In this document: piece by piece, positions 23,712 to 37,500 of the stretch
Position numbering within the stretch: the stretch's first letter is position 1
Layout: the number at the start of each line of letters is the position of its first letter
From: Lytechinus pictus
Lineage: Eukaryota
NCBI RefSeq assembly: GCF_037042905.1
Contig: NC_087245.1
Coordinates: 23,810,001-23,874,000, forward strand
Direction of reading: 5' to 3'
Length of the DNA stretch: 64,000 nucleotides
Position numbers and translations under genes: made by a program
The notes under the pieces: generated by a model
The model's database searches: none
Told to the model about the DNA's origin: nothing
What the model saw: the letters and a program-made list of their open reading frames with translations, nothing else

Positions 23712-25002
23712 TCAAGTTACAAAAAAGTGCTTAGAATTTCCATTCTTAAGGTAGAAATATGAAAATTTTAGCTCGCGCTTTGCGCTCGCATTATTTGATT
23801 GTAGAAATATGTAACTTCTTCATGGTTATACTGCAAGCAGTCCTTAACAGGTACCTTTTCGATCAGTTCAAAACATATATTAAAAATTGGGTTCGTAGTA
23901 ATTATTTAGTTGCATATACATCTTTTTCAGTATTACAAACATTGCCCAGAATGTTCAAATTTAAGGATTATAATATTATATTTTTATGTTGATTTATAAG
24001 AATAAAGCTAAGAAGTGACAACTACGACTACCCCTTCAAACACAAAAATTATCTTAGAGCGGCCAATTGGAGAAAATATGACTGAAAAAATTCCGGGCTC
24101 CCCCCCTATTGGTGAAGGCTGGATCCGCCCCTGCTTGTGTGTCAGTGTGTGTTGGGGAGGGGTTATTTGGCATGTGTGGGGGTATGTTTATGAATTACAA
24201 TACCATTTATTGGATTTATGTATTAAAATATCTCCCCAAACTGATAAACACAATTACAAAATAATGGAACAAGAAATCCCCTACCTATACCATTGCAACA
24301 TAATGCAAATGTCTGTCCGTGATAAAATTTTGTCCGTCCGTGACAATATTCAAATTCAACTTTCGCATATGAATATTTATTGATCTGGGTCTTATACATA
24401 CACATTTTAGGTCTTTTGCTAGTGAGATAGCTCAGCATGTTTTTGTTTTTAAGTTCATTGCTCTAGCAATAGAACATACAAATTTTGAATTTTCTGTCAC
24501 GGACGGACAAATTTGCATGAATATAAAAATGTGGTATGACCATTCCTGGACAAATATTTCCCAATATCTTTTTTTTATTTTACTTGTAAACAAAACTCAA
24601 GGCAATCTGATTGTCAAAATAGGACCAAATCAATATTTCTCAAAAGCTTCCATCTGTGACAGCAGTGTTGTTCAATACCCCTATTCGAAAGTGATTCATC
24701 TCAGTCGCTTTCCGGACCTTACCAATTAAACAAATATGGATTTTAGTAATCTTTGATATTAATGAAATATCTGGCAGTGATAACATCAGAAGAATATAAA
24801 AATGAATTTTTTACCCCAATGCTCACTTTAACCGATCAGATTCTATAATATTATTTCCATTGGATTCATGAGATGCAATATTTTGCCACTTCAAAGGCTT
24901 CCTCTATATTTATAAAAAAGAATGAACTACGAGTACAAGAACTAGATTATAAAGATCTATTGCTCTAACTTATTTAAGTAGGCTATAAAACAAATATACC
25001 AG

Positions 25003-26678
25003 TAGGAGTGGGCTATACATGGGTCAAATATACTTTTTTTGTCATTGTGATATGGCAACAGTTTTGTTTTATTCCTTGTAATGTATCTCAACATGAAATG
25101 ACATTATTTTTTGTCTCAGGTCAGAGAAAAAGTGTGCCGGGCCAAAATCAAAAATGGCCGCCCAAATCCCCCCAAATTACAACTTCTTTATTTGGTGGTC
25201 TTTTTCTCTGGTTTTGGTGTCTATTCATATGTGTTTTGGGGCAGGCAATTTGTTTTTCCTAAAATTAGTACTTTTAAAGCATTATTTGTAGAGTTAAAAG
25301 CTGATTTGACCTAAATTAACCAATTTTTAGAGCCCTTTTTCAGCCAACAAGTAGGTTTCATCATCTTGTGGTTCTTGCAAATTAGATGATGCAAGTTTAA
25401 CAATAGCAAGCAGCTTCATATAGCTATATTAATTTTATTCCTCTACTTTGGGTTTCACAGATATTTGCGAAATATAAATGTCATTTATCCATAGGGGCTA
25501 CACAGTATACAATGTACTGTACATACTGCACTTCATACACATATATGTCCATGCATTGGCCACCATGACATATAACAAGGTCTGCATATAAACAATTATG
25601 TCATAGAAGTGAGCTCTTAGGTTTAGAATTAGATGCCTCAGAAATTGAAGATATGATTTGAATCAGAAATTGAAGACATGTTTTGTCAAATATGCTCATT
25701 CAGCAAGTGGAGAGATGAGGTACAATGGATTATAGTCAACCCTACATTATGGCATTTACACTGTAGCTATTCTGGGCCCCATTGCATAAAAGTTGCCATT
25801 ATGGTAACTTTGCCATCCAATGGTAACTTGCATGGAATCCTTGATTCTGATTGGCTGTTGATCAGCATTACCATGGTAGTTACCTGACCCCTTAAACATA
25901 GGGTAAGACACCACATCCAGGTAAAAATAACCTCTAAATAAAGACGATATGGCTAAAAATGTGATGTACATATATGTGTATGTGCAATTTATGTTACATC
26001 GGGTTACATAATGTAAATCAGCTGACAAGTAATCAAATTCACAATTCCCAATCTAATTCTCAGGAGCTCATTTCTACAACACTATAGTTTATATACAGGC
26101 CTTGTTATGTTATGCATGGATATATATATATATATATGCCGTGTACATGTAGTATGTACATCGATAAAGCCCCTACGGATAAATGGCATTTTCTTTTATT
26201 TGATAAGATTCATTTTGCAAATATCCGTAAACTCCTAATTTAGAGGAATAAAAGCAAGCTATATGAAAGCCGCTTGCTACTGTTCAAATAGTATCGTCTA
26301 ATATCTAAGAACCACAAGACGATGAAACCTACTTTTTGGTTGAAAAAGGGCACTAAAAATTGGTAAATTTGGGTAATATCACCTTTTAACTCTACAAATA
26401 ATGGTTTAAAAGTACTATTTTTTGGAAAAACAAATTGCCTGCCCCGAAAAAAATATGAATAGACACCAAAAGCAGAGAAAAAGACCACCAAATAGAGAAG
26501 TTGTGGCCAAAAATGTGATTTTGGGGGTTTTGGCGACCATTTTGGATTTTGGCCCGGCACACTTTTTTCTCGGACACAAGACAAAAATGTCATTTCATGT
26601 TGAGATAAGGTAAAAGGAACAAAAAAAAAACTGTTGCCGCAGTAAAACCAAATATCACCAATTTATAGCCCACTCCTA
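25003..26678. mobile_element. Foldback-type DNA transposon with 7-bp TSD
   Basis: TAGGAGTGGGCTATA / TATAGCCCACTCCTA, ~600-bp degenerate inverted arms, ATACCAG duplicated on both sides. Confidence 0.82.
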
Positions 26679-26803
26679 ATACCAGGCATTTTTTTCGAAA
26701 GTATAGAGGGAATTATTCATCCTCGGTTGTACTGGCAAAATCATGCCAGTCCAACCTCGGATGAGTAATTCTCGCTATACTTACTCAAAGCCTGATATAT
26801 TTA
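26679..26803. mobile_element. Small palindromic MITE whose left TIR is interrupted by the 25003-26678 element
   Basis: Hairpin at 26701-26780. aaatataccag|gc (split) pairs with gcctgatatattt. Confidence 0.6.
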
Positions 26804-26887
26804 TTTTAGTGGATTTTGCGAATTGACGATCAGCTGCGAATTGATCATTTCATTTTGTGAGATCCATGTCATCTTCTTTTGTTGCAG

Positions 26888-26941
26888 GACAAGAAAAGGG
26901 CCAATGAGATCAAACAGATTGACACATGGCTGCACCCAGCG
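26888..26941 (+). CDS. Internal exon of an unidentified gene (phase-0 reading DKKRANEIKQIDTWLHPA)
   Basis: Strong acceptor tcttcttttgttgcag, donor CG|gtaagt, 54 nt, open frame. Confidence 0.62.
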
Positions 26942-27336
26942 GTAAGTCCTCATAATTTATTCTTCTCCCTTGATCAAGCGTATACATTCAACGCAAAATA
27001 AAAATAAAAATTGATGGACCAAGAGTTGATAAATTTGACAAGACAGCTTTGATTTGTTACACACAAAGAAAATGTCTCATTCTACTTTCATCACTGGGGA
27101 AAAAATGTTTATCCCAGTACTTTGTTATCGTTTATTTTACTTCCCTCTTTTATTTCAAAATTTTTCTCCCGGATTTCCTGTGTTCTAATGATTTCATCGC
27201 GTTAATATGCCTATCATTTACTTTTTATGTCCGTCTGTTACCAATCTTGAGGATCATTTTACTTCCTCAGTTATTGCCCAATGCTGACAAGAATAGGCAC
27301 ACACATAAGTCAAGGAGATAAAGTTATATGTTCCAG

Positions 27337-27447
27337 GATTCAAAAGGGTGCTGTTGGACTGTTTTTGGTACGTGCTGTAGTGTCCGCCATCAATCCGATC
27401 ATCAACTTAATTTGCATGCAGCTGTCAATCATCAGCCAGTCGCGTAG
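27337..27447 (+). CDS. Probable terminal coding exon (DSKGCCWTVFGTCCSVRHQSDHQLNLHAAVNHQPVA*)
   Basis: Acceptor atgttccag, in phase with 26888-26941, followed by 3'UTR-like sequence. An alternative open frame to 27634 also exists. Confidence 0.5.
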   Translation, partial: DSKGCCWTVFGTCCSVRHQSDHQLNLHAAVNHQPVA

Positions 27448-28017
27448 CACGTGCACGCATGTACAGTACACATACGTTGCACGGCTTTTGACTACATCGG
27501 AGCTGGCAGGAACATCTGGCTCTGCTGACATCACTTCACTCAGCAGAAGGAGGTGGAGCCAATTTGCCAGGATTTTCAAACAGTGCTCAGCTGAAGCATA
27601 CTCAAACTGGGAGTTCTGGAGAAGCGTTGTATAATGTTGGTTTCAATAGGCAACTGGTGCTGTCTGCAGTGGGTATATCAGGGAGAAATATTGTAGAATC
27701 AACTTCAAGTACTTCATCAGTTTCTGCTCAATGTTCATTGGTCCTTGCACCCAAAAAACAGGACACTTATAGGGTGACACGACATAATTATACTTCTGCG
27801 ACATTTGCTCTGGTCTTAACATCTCAGAGGGCATAGGGTTAGAGTTAGGATTGTAATATAGTTTTTTTTATTCAGAATTATGCCCAGATTAGGATTAGGG
27901 TTTATTTATTTTTGGAGGTTAGATTTTATGTTTGGCTTCACGTGCCGATGTTCTATCGGAGGAATTGTCGCCGGAGCAAATGTCGTGGAACCCACTTAAA
28001 GGTCAGATGTATATAAC

Positions 28018-28090
28018 CAGTGTGTTGGCTCAGTTGGTAGAGCGTCCACTTCACGACCGGAAGGTCTTGCAAAGCAAACACCTGTCCTCG
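28018..28090 (+). mobile_element. Degenerate tRNA-derived SINE head
   Basis: A-box-like TGGCTCAGTTGGTAGAGCG; B box decayed. Confidence 0.45.
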
Positions 28091-28524
28091 TATATAAAAA
28101 TATAAAGATATAAGACTTGGCGCATCCACATTGGTCTTTGCGTAATGATTTACCTGACTTCTTTTCTTTATAGCGTTTGGCATTTCTTTTTATGGTAGCA
28201 GTATACTATGGCAATGAATGAGGGGAAATTGCTATGTACAATACATTTTTCTCACCTAAGGCTGACATGAGAGGTGTGGATATTGATCACAAATTCAGTA
28301 ACTTTTATCATGACCATTACCCTCATTGTAACTAGTCTGCTGTGGAAACCCTTCACTCGAATTAAGGGTCTGAATGTGCAGCCTACTCATGCCTTGTGTG
28401 TTGAAACAGCAAGTTTTGTATGTGCTAGTCTTTGCATGGAGACACACTTGCTGATCAAAGTTTCAATCAGGGTCTGTGCCTGCAGACTACATTGTAACCA
28501 CCATAATCATTTCAAGAATCATTA

Positions 28525-28597
28525 ACATCTTCATCATTATCATCATCATCTTTATCATCATCATCATTATAATCCTCAACACCCACCACCACCATCA
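28525..28597. repeat. (ATC/ACC)n microsatellite
   Basis: Direct inspection. Confidence 0.8.
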
Positions 28598-29661
28598 GTG
28601 TACACATCGCTGTACTATTAATAACTCATTTCATTCTTCCACAGAACCAAGAACGGATACTACCAGAGGACAAGCCTCGTGTTAGAAGGTACAAACCCCC
28701 TTCAGAGTATATGGAGAAAGAGACTGTGCTTTGACCTGCTCGACCATGCATCTTGCTTTTGTTTTTTAATTTATTATTAACTCTGCTCGTATTTATTTTA
28801 AGGGATGAGGCAATGGCAATTATGGTTTGAAGTGCCATTATGGAGCTCTTATTTTATATTTATGGCCAAATTGTAGAATATATTCATTTGGTTGTGTTTC
28901 GGGATGACAGTATTAACCCAATGAAGCACTCTCATTTGTTGTTGAAATTATTTTGCCCATGTGTTTTTAATAAGTGTACCTACATACTAATTCATGAAAA
29001 TAAAAAAATCATCAACATTATTTCACTGCTGTAATCAATTTGGTTTTATGTTCTCAATTCTAATTTAATCACAGTAATAAGGTAAATGTTTGGTAATCGG
29101 CAAGCTGTCTATTCCCCTTGACTACATCATTTGTGAATTGATGCCAAGAAAATTATCCATTCCCTCTCCCCCTCCTTTCTTTGGCATAATAAAGGCGAAT
29201 CAATTGGACAAACATTGAAAGAGAAAAAAGGTCTTCTGTCAAGCCAAAATTATTTGTCCACTCTGCAATGCAAGATTACTTGACAATTTTTCAAAACTTA
29301 CCTTCAGATACAAAATGATCCATTTCATTATAAATTCTTTTGAGTAATTACTTCATATCTAGGGAAGATTTATTGACACTTGTTTTTGTGTTTTGTAAAA
29401 TGCCTTTTATACACAGGCACAGATCGGGGGAAGGGGGGGTGTTATATTATTCCTTAATAATGAGGCAGTTGCATGGCTGTATTGCAATGAAAATAATAGA
29501 ATCCTCGACTGGAATTTTTTGTAAAAAGAGGGAGTTTGAGGCCCTGTATCACATAAATTTGTGGTCAGTTGTAAATTTCAAACATCAATTATGATTGGTT
29601 GACACTGGGATGTTGAACAAACTGTATATATGCAATCCTGAATTTTATTGGCCATTCTGTA

Positions 29662-29790
29662 GAGGTGTCGTGGCTCAGTGGATAGTCTCTGGACTTTGAA
29701 CTGCAAGGTCCTGGGTTCGAATCCCACCATGGCAATCGTGTCCTTTGGCAATGCATTTATATTCATTTATTTGTCACTCTCCACACAGGT
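29662..29790 (+). mobile_element. tRNA-derived SINE
   Basis: A box TGGCTCAGTGG, B box GGTTCGAATCCC, followed by a non-tRNA body (gtgtcctttggcaatgc..cactctccacacaggtg). Confidence 0.75.
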
Positions 29791-32352
29791 GAATTATTGT
29801 TTTTGTAAGATTGTGATTACTGTCTTCTTTCTTGTGACAGAGCCTAGGCCATTCAAGAATATCTTGACAACTTTGATCGCTTGTTAAAACCATGCATGTT
29901 TGTTATGTTTGCATTTTACTCTTGCACGTTGAAGGACTACTACCTAGATTGTTTTATTGTCAACATTTTATCATTTACAAAATGCAAAAGAATGTGAACT
30001 TTTTTTTTGAGTGGTATACGAGCTTAAGATGTTTGTTCGAGTAGAAACCTATCGTTACAATAGACTAAATACCACCAAAATTACAGCAGGAATATCAAAG
30101 CAGAACATAATAGAACAGCATAGATTTGCTTTGTGCTCTATCGTGTTACCTCCATTTACAAAATTTGCTTCCAGGTCTCGCAACAAATTATTCGAGATTT
30201 TTGTTTCATCTGTTGCTTTCATCGCTAGCTTGACAAGGATGTTTTCAAAAGGATCAGCATGATTTTGATAGTTTGCATTTGGAGGTACAAGAAAACTTGT
30301 AATGTATATCTTGCAGTTTATACTGTGTGTCCCAGTAACACACAACCAAATATCATTACATTTTTTTTTGTACATTCATAAAATTTGATAAGTGTTGCAT
30401 ATTTCTAAGGCTTTGGCCCTCTCTTTAATACTGGTTAAACCATAATCATGCGATGAATGAGAATATTCCGAAGATAGGGTACCAAGAGGTCATTTGATTG
30501 GTGATATTTAAATTTTAGAAATCAAATAACATTATACTGTATAGAATTTCCTTTCTTACCCTTCATTATGAATACGTCCATCAGGAGAAATTAGCAAGGA
30601 TTAGCAAAGGTCTAATTGTAATATCCACCTACTTGTATATGTCCATGATTTCATTTAACAACTTTGTTTTCACTGTCTGCATGCTGTAACATCAAATGCA
30701 GTTCATAAAGACTCTATGCCTTCCTGATTGTCAACAGAGTGGTGTGGTGACTGAAAATGAAAATCCAAACTTTGTTTGCATACATGATATAACAGGCAGT
30801 TATTTGTTTTAGTTTTTTTGTAATTATAGAAATGCATGAACCAATCTAACAAATATGCTTTGTTATTCCTACATCATTTACTCCTCTACTTAGATTTAGA
30901 TTTGTAGTAAAGGGTAGATGATTAACTTTATGAAATTGTTATTTAACGCCAAGTTGATTTTGGCTACATGTACCTACTTTTCAAATGTTCACACTCATTC
31001 GTGAATTCAATTGCATCGATTAAAAGAAAAGAAGAGGACCTATGTGTTTACTTTATGAACATGCAACAATTAATGATTACAATTCAGGGGCCGGGGAACC
31101 CCCACTTTTTCCAAAGGTTAGCTATTAATCGTACGCCTGATTTTCACGATTTATTGCACATTGTAGTTAATGCAATTAATCGTTTTAAAAAGTTTTACGA
31201 TGATAGCTAAGCTTATTATGGGCCACTGATTGTGATCTATGCATGATTAGCACCCCCCCCCCCTTCAAAATTGTCCCACGGCCCCTGAAATTATGATAAA
31301 GTTACATGCATGATGAAACTCAGTAATGCTTTGCTTGGATCTGGGACACTCCATAGATACATGAAACATGACAACAAATATAAGGAGTAACAAATCTTTA
31401 ACGACATCTACCAGACAATACCTAAACTTAATTCTGTAAATTTTAGTATCAAATGGAGCCATTTTGTTTTAATTGTTTAATTAAAAACAAAACTGCTGCA
31501 TGTAATTTAATATTTTCATTTGACATTGGTACTACCTGATATTATTGTTTTAAAAATTCATACAAATCTTACAATGGATATAATACATAAAAACGGAGGT
31601 AATGCATATATACCTCTTTTGTTAATGGCGTGTGAGATTTGATCATTGAATCAATCAAGTGCTAAAGGAGGTTATAACTAAATAATAATTTATCTCTTCA
31701 TAAGTCATTCCTTGCCATGTATAAACATTTATAAAGTGTTTTGCAGTGATCATGATTTTGCAAGATTAATCCATTTATTGCAAAAGTGTTAGTTTTGTAC
31801 TTTTGATAGCTCTAAAAGTATTAACAGGGCATTCAACCTGGTATTTATACTATTTTGTGTGAAGGAGAAACATAGGAATAACAGAATGGTGAACGTTTGA
31901 AAGAAATCATACCAAGAAAGAGAAGAGTATGGCTGTGTCAAACATGAGATCACTTAATCTCAAGAGAGCATATTTTTAAATCTTTCATAGAAGAAAGACA
32001 TCATTTGGAGGGAACTTATGACACTTCAGCTATTCTGTGTCTTGGAGCAAACGGAGGGATTTTCCTTGGCTAACAATGAAAGTCACAATTACATCACATA
32101 CATGACGAAGCCAATATGAAATCCCAATTAAAAAAAAATATTTTTAAAGAGTCATATTTCTTAATGTTTTTCCGATTTTGTTCAAACTTTTGCCTTTCTA
32201 CTTCTCTATTTTTCCTTTTTACATTGAATTCCTCTTAAACCATTTTCTGACTTTGTAATGTTTTTCATTGCTTTATTTTGCTTGAGATCCAAGTATTTAT
32301 TCATAGCATGTATTCATGTTATTTTAGCATACATAAATATTTTGCAGTACCA

Positions 32353-32580
32353 CACTGTTAAAATAATTTAAACAACGCTGTTTATATGTGAATTACATAG
32401 TAGTTGTTCAAACAGTTTAGACAAGTGTTTAAAATCTTAAACAACCATGCTTAAATTATTGATGATTAAATATTTGAATTTAAACTTTGTCGTTTAAGAT
32501 TTTAAACACTTGTTTAAAATTTTTTAATGACTACTCTTCAATTCACATAGTAAATAGTTGTTTAAATTATTTTAATAGTG
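32353..32580. mobile_element. CAC..GTG (EnSpm/CACTA-like) palindromic MITE
   Basis: CACTGTTAAAATAATTTAAACAAC / GTTGTTTAAATTATTTTAATAGTG, 2-bp TSD CA. Confidence 0.75.
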
Positions 32581-34590
32581 CAGATTGAGAAAAAAAAAGT
32601 TATCATTGAAATACAATTCCCCCTAATAAACATGCTTCATTATTATTTTATATATAAGAACATTCCAATTTGCAAGAGATAAAATGTAAGCAATGTGAAC
32701 TTGTAATAGCATAACGTTTGATACGAATGAAAACTAACAAATTTAGATTTTTTTTCTTAAATTGTAATATGAATTAACAAAAAAAAATAATGATAATACA
32801 TGTAAACCAACAGGATAGCGATGATGAAACATAGGTACTTGTTCTTTCTACTAATATTGAAAGGAAACTAAATAAGGCTTCAATTAAATTATTTTTAAAA
32901 TAATACATTTTTTATCAATTGTGAATTATGTACAGAAATACTACCACCCAGCTTCCATATTCCTGTTATTTACAAGATAATCATAATTTTGATTTGATCC
33001 ATTTTGAGATATGAATTTTTTAATTAGATTGTGTATATTCACCATGTTTCCTCTCACAGTTTTAGCAACAGTAAATTATTGTGTAAATGATAGATGTTGT
33101 ACATGTATTTATTATGATGTATAAATGAACTTGTGTTTAGTTTAGAAGTTTTTTATGCAAATCCAGGGACCAATTACAGCATTGATTTAGGATCATGCTA
33201 ATTGAGCTATGCTGGATGAATTAAATATTCAGTATCCCATGTAAAAGATTCTGAAAAGAATTATTTATTGTATTTTGCAAGTTTTCTACAGATAATCATG
33301 TGATTATGGTGCAAAACAAAGAAATTATACTAAAACTAAAAATGAGAACAAATATTTTGTCTTATGTCTTGCTCATTTATATTTCTAAAATGCTTTAAGT
33401 TCGTGCTGTATAGATTTTTATATTGATGATAAAATCAGAAAAATTAGATAAATCTAAAATTCTAAACTTTGGCTGAAATCTTTCAAAGAACCAGTGAGCT
33501 ATCGGTATTATTGATATAATTTTGAGATGTTGCATGCAAGCAGCTCCCCATGTCATACTGTACAGCATGAATTGTGTTGAATTACTTTTTTTAAAGAAAA
33601 ACAAAAACGGTTTCCTATGTGTTCTATACATTTTCATATACAAGTCTTTATTTTAAAAAGTATATTCAATTATCAACACATAGTATCGTGAATGATCAAA
33701 TGAAGGCAATTTGTGGATATTGCATGCCATATGGAGGGGGCTGGGGGTTTTATATTCATATAATTAGTTTTAAGCAGATTTTTCTTTTCAAGTGTAACAT
33801 TGAAGTATTTTATCAAGAAAACTATTCTTCAAAATATGTGACTGTCCTACTGCTTCCAAAAACAGAATTATTATCAACATACATAAAATTGAAATCAAAT
33901 CAAACACGCTTTTGTGGCAAAGTATAGCCTTCATTTACCATGAAATTAGCTATGCAGTCTATATTTTTAAAATTATGCACCATTTGGATCCAAATTTAAT
34001 TGTTTTTGTCTTGCCTGCAAAATCAGAGCGAGAATATTATATATGCCGCTTTTCCGACAGCGGGGGCAGCGTCGTCAACATTGAAATCTTAACCCTAAAA
34101 GGACTGGGCTATTTGAGATGTATTGAGGAGGGGGGGGGGGGGTGATGATGGCCCCCCTCCTGATCTCGGCTGCCGTTTGCGCGATCGCGCCGAAATTTGG
34201 CACTCGTAACTTAAAAAGTATATGGACCTAGTTAATGAAACTTGGATATAAGGGTAATCAAGTATTACTGAACATCCTGCCTGAGATTCAGGCCACGTGA
34301 CCTTGAGTTTCATTGTTGATCGTATAGGGATGAATTTACAAGGGATTGCATTGAACCTAAAGTGCAATTATTCACGCCAATCAAATGTTAGATCTTGTGT
34401 TACGGGGCCCCAATTCACTTGAAGGTACATTTATTGAATAAGCCCATATCACTTTACAGGGGCACTTCATGCAACTAGAAGGGCTTTCTGTATATATTCA
34501 CATGGGGAAGGAGAGCTAGGGATGTGCCACCTGTTATTTTGTTGCTATAACCATATGGCTATATGGGAGTGGTACATCTTTCGTTTTACC

Positions 34591-37500
34591 TATGAGGCGC
34601 CGAATGTACCAATATTATATAGAACAATTATTTGTTATATAATCATTATTTATTAAATAATAACTATTATTTATATATAATTTACATTTTATTTGTAAAT
34701 AACTACTATTATATAAAATATCATTTCTAATTATTTATATATAATTCCAAGTAATACTTCATTATTTGTAAATAATAATAGTTCGACATTCCATTATTTA
34801 TAAATAATGATTATTTGTTTTTCATTATTTATAAATAATGATTATTTGTTTTTCATTATTTATGAATAATGATTATTTGTTTTTCATTATTTATAAATAA
34901 TGATTATTTGTTTTTCATTATTTATAAATAATGATTATTTGTTTTTCATTATTTACAAATAATGATTATTTGTTTTTCATTATTTATAAATAATGATTAT
35001 TTGTTTTTCATTATTTATAAATAATGATTATTTGTTTTTCATTATTTATAAATAATGATTATTTGTTTTTCATTATTTACAAATAATGATTATTTGTTTT
35101 TCATTATTTATAAATAATGATTATTTGTTTTTCATTATTTATAAATAATTTGTTGAGTTTTCCATTATTTATAAATAATGATTATTTGTTAAATAATGAA
35201 AACGTCTACTTCATTATTTATAAATAATTTTTTCGAGTGCACCATTATTCTCATTATTTATAAATAATCATTATTTAATGTTCGAGTTTTCCATTATTTA
35301 TAAATAAAGATTATTTGTTAAATAATGAAATATCTACTTCATTATTTATAAATAATAATTTTGTTTCAATATCCCATTATTTATAAATAATCATTATTTA
35401 TAAACAATTTTTACAGTTTGCCATTATATACAAATAATCATTATTTATATACAAATAACCATTATTTATTAAATAATGCCATTATTTATTAAATAATGCC
35501 ATTATTTATTAAATAATGCCATTATTTATTAAATAATGCCATTATTTATTAAATAATGGAAAACTCGCTATAACATGCAAATGTGGGACCGCCCATGATA
35601 TGAATATTCATGATGCGATTTCCTTTTTCGTGATTTTTCTTCACAAATTTTTGTCCACTTCCTCTTCATAATGACATTTCTTGAAGCAATTTTCTAGGGA
35701 TATGGTCTGATTGTAATATTCTTCATTTTCTATATAACTTCGTCTTCGTAGAAATATCAAAAAGTGTAATTTTATACGATTTTTCCTACAGTTCACAATC
35801 CCCATAGGCGCGCGTGTACGGTAGGGACAACCGGTGATTCGACGGAGTGCTCTTCATCGAAATACTACGTTGGTTGGTCCCCGGAAGTGGCGGGCGGAAT
35901 TTAGCCCGAATCCTCGATGGAAGTCGATCAAGTGCATATGAGCTGAGAGAGTGAAATATCAGTGTACTTGCATGTACAGGCCCTTCTACTTTTTATAAAT
36001 ATTTCTTGTTGCTTTTTTTGTTAAGTTAATTTTTCCTGGTGTAGAGATAAGTTTCAGTTCTAATAATGCACTTCAAATACATTTTGGAGTGTCTGTTTGG
36101 GGCGATTTTACCCTAGCCCCAAAATGCTCGCAACGACAATACGGGGGCATGATGACCCCTAAATTTTTAAAAACTTATTTTTCTATTGAAAATTATCACA
36201 AAATTCATCAAAAGTGTGCACGAAAGCCTTCGTATTTCACTTTTAAAACTCCAAAAAGTGCCCAAATGACAAGCTTGGTCGCTTCGCTGTGTCGCTTTCA
36301 ACTTGAGAACGTTTACGCGTCTGCTTCCCCCCCCCCCCTCCTCCGAAAGAAATTCTGTATACGGCCATGCTCTAAAGAGCCTGGCACATTGATTTATGTA
36401 TACTTTCATTTTCATTATTTTTATCTCATTATCAACATGGCCTTACGCAGAATTTTTTCCAGGGGGGCCGGGGCCGGAGCATGACGCGCGTAAACTTTCT
36501 CAAAAAAATCTTGAAAGCGAGACAGCCACGGGACCAAGCCGAAATGACAAGCTTGGTCGCTTCGCTGTCTCGCTTTCAACTTGAGAACGTTTACGCGCGT
36601 CTGCCCCCACCCCCCGAAAGAAATTCTGTGAACGGCCATGCTCAAAAGAGCATATGGCACATTGATTTATATGTACTTTTCATTTTCATTATTTTTATCA
36701 CATTATCATCATGGCCTTACACAGAATTTTTACCGGGGGGGGGGGGGGGGAGCAGCTAGGACGCGCGTTAAGTTTCTCAAAAAAATCTTGAAAGCGAGAC
36801 AGCGACGCGACCAAGCTCAAATGACAAGCTTGGTCGCTTCGCTTTTTCAAGATTTTTATGAGAAAGTTTACGCGCGTCCTGCTCCCCCCACCCCCCCCCC
36901 CCCGGAAAAAATTCTGCGTAAGGCCATGATGATAATGAGATAAAAATAATGAAAATGAAGTATACATAAATCAATGTGCCAGGCTCTTTAGAGCATGGCC
37001 GTATACAGAATTTCTTTCGGAGGAGGGGGGGGGGGGGAAGCAGACGCGTAAACTTTCTCAAGTTGAAAGCGACACAGCGAAGCGACCAAGCTTGTCATTT
37101 GGGCACTTTTTGGAGTTTTAAAAGTGAAATACGAAGGCTTTCGTGCACACTTTTGGTGAATTTTGTGATAATTTTCAATAGAAAAATAAGTTTTTAAAAA
37201 ATTAGGGGTCATCATGCCCCCGTATTGTCGTTGCGAGCATTTTGGGGCCAGGGTGAAATCGCCCCAAACGCCTCAAACAGACACTCCAAAATGTATTTGA
37301 AGTGCATTATTAGAACTGAAACTTATCTCTACACCAGGAAAAATTAACTTAACAAAAAAAGCAACAAGAAATATTTATAAAAAGTAGAAGGGCCTGTACA
37401 AGTACACTGATATTTCACTCTCTCAGCTCATATGCACTTGATCGACTTCCATCGATGATTCGGGCTAAATTCCGCCCGCCACTTCCGGGGACCAACCAAC

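Noticed and set aside
29662..29735. tRNA gene
   Set aside because: A and B boxes are present, but the acceptor stem pairs poorly and a SINE-like body follows.
34790..35560. Regular short repeats resembling a CRISPR array
   Set aside because: Head-to-tail minisatellite with no unique spacers and no cas genes, in a eukaryotic context.
36089..37215. Cluster of overlapping 60-130-aa ORFs
   Set aside because: By-products of GC-rich palindromic repeats, mirrored on both strands, with no domain signature.
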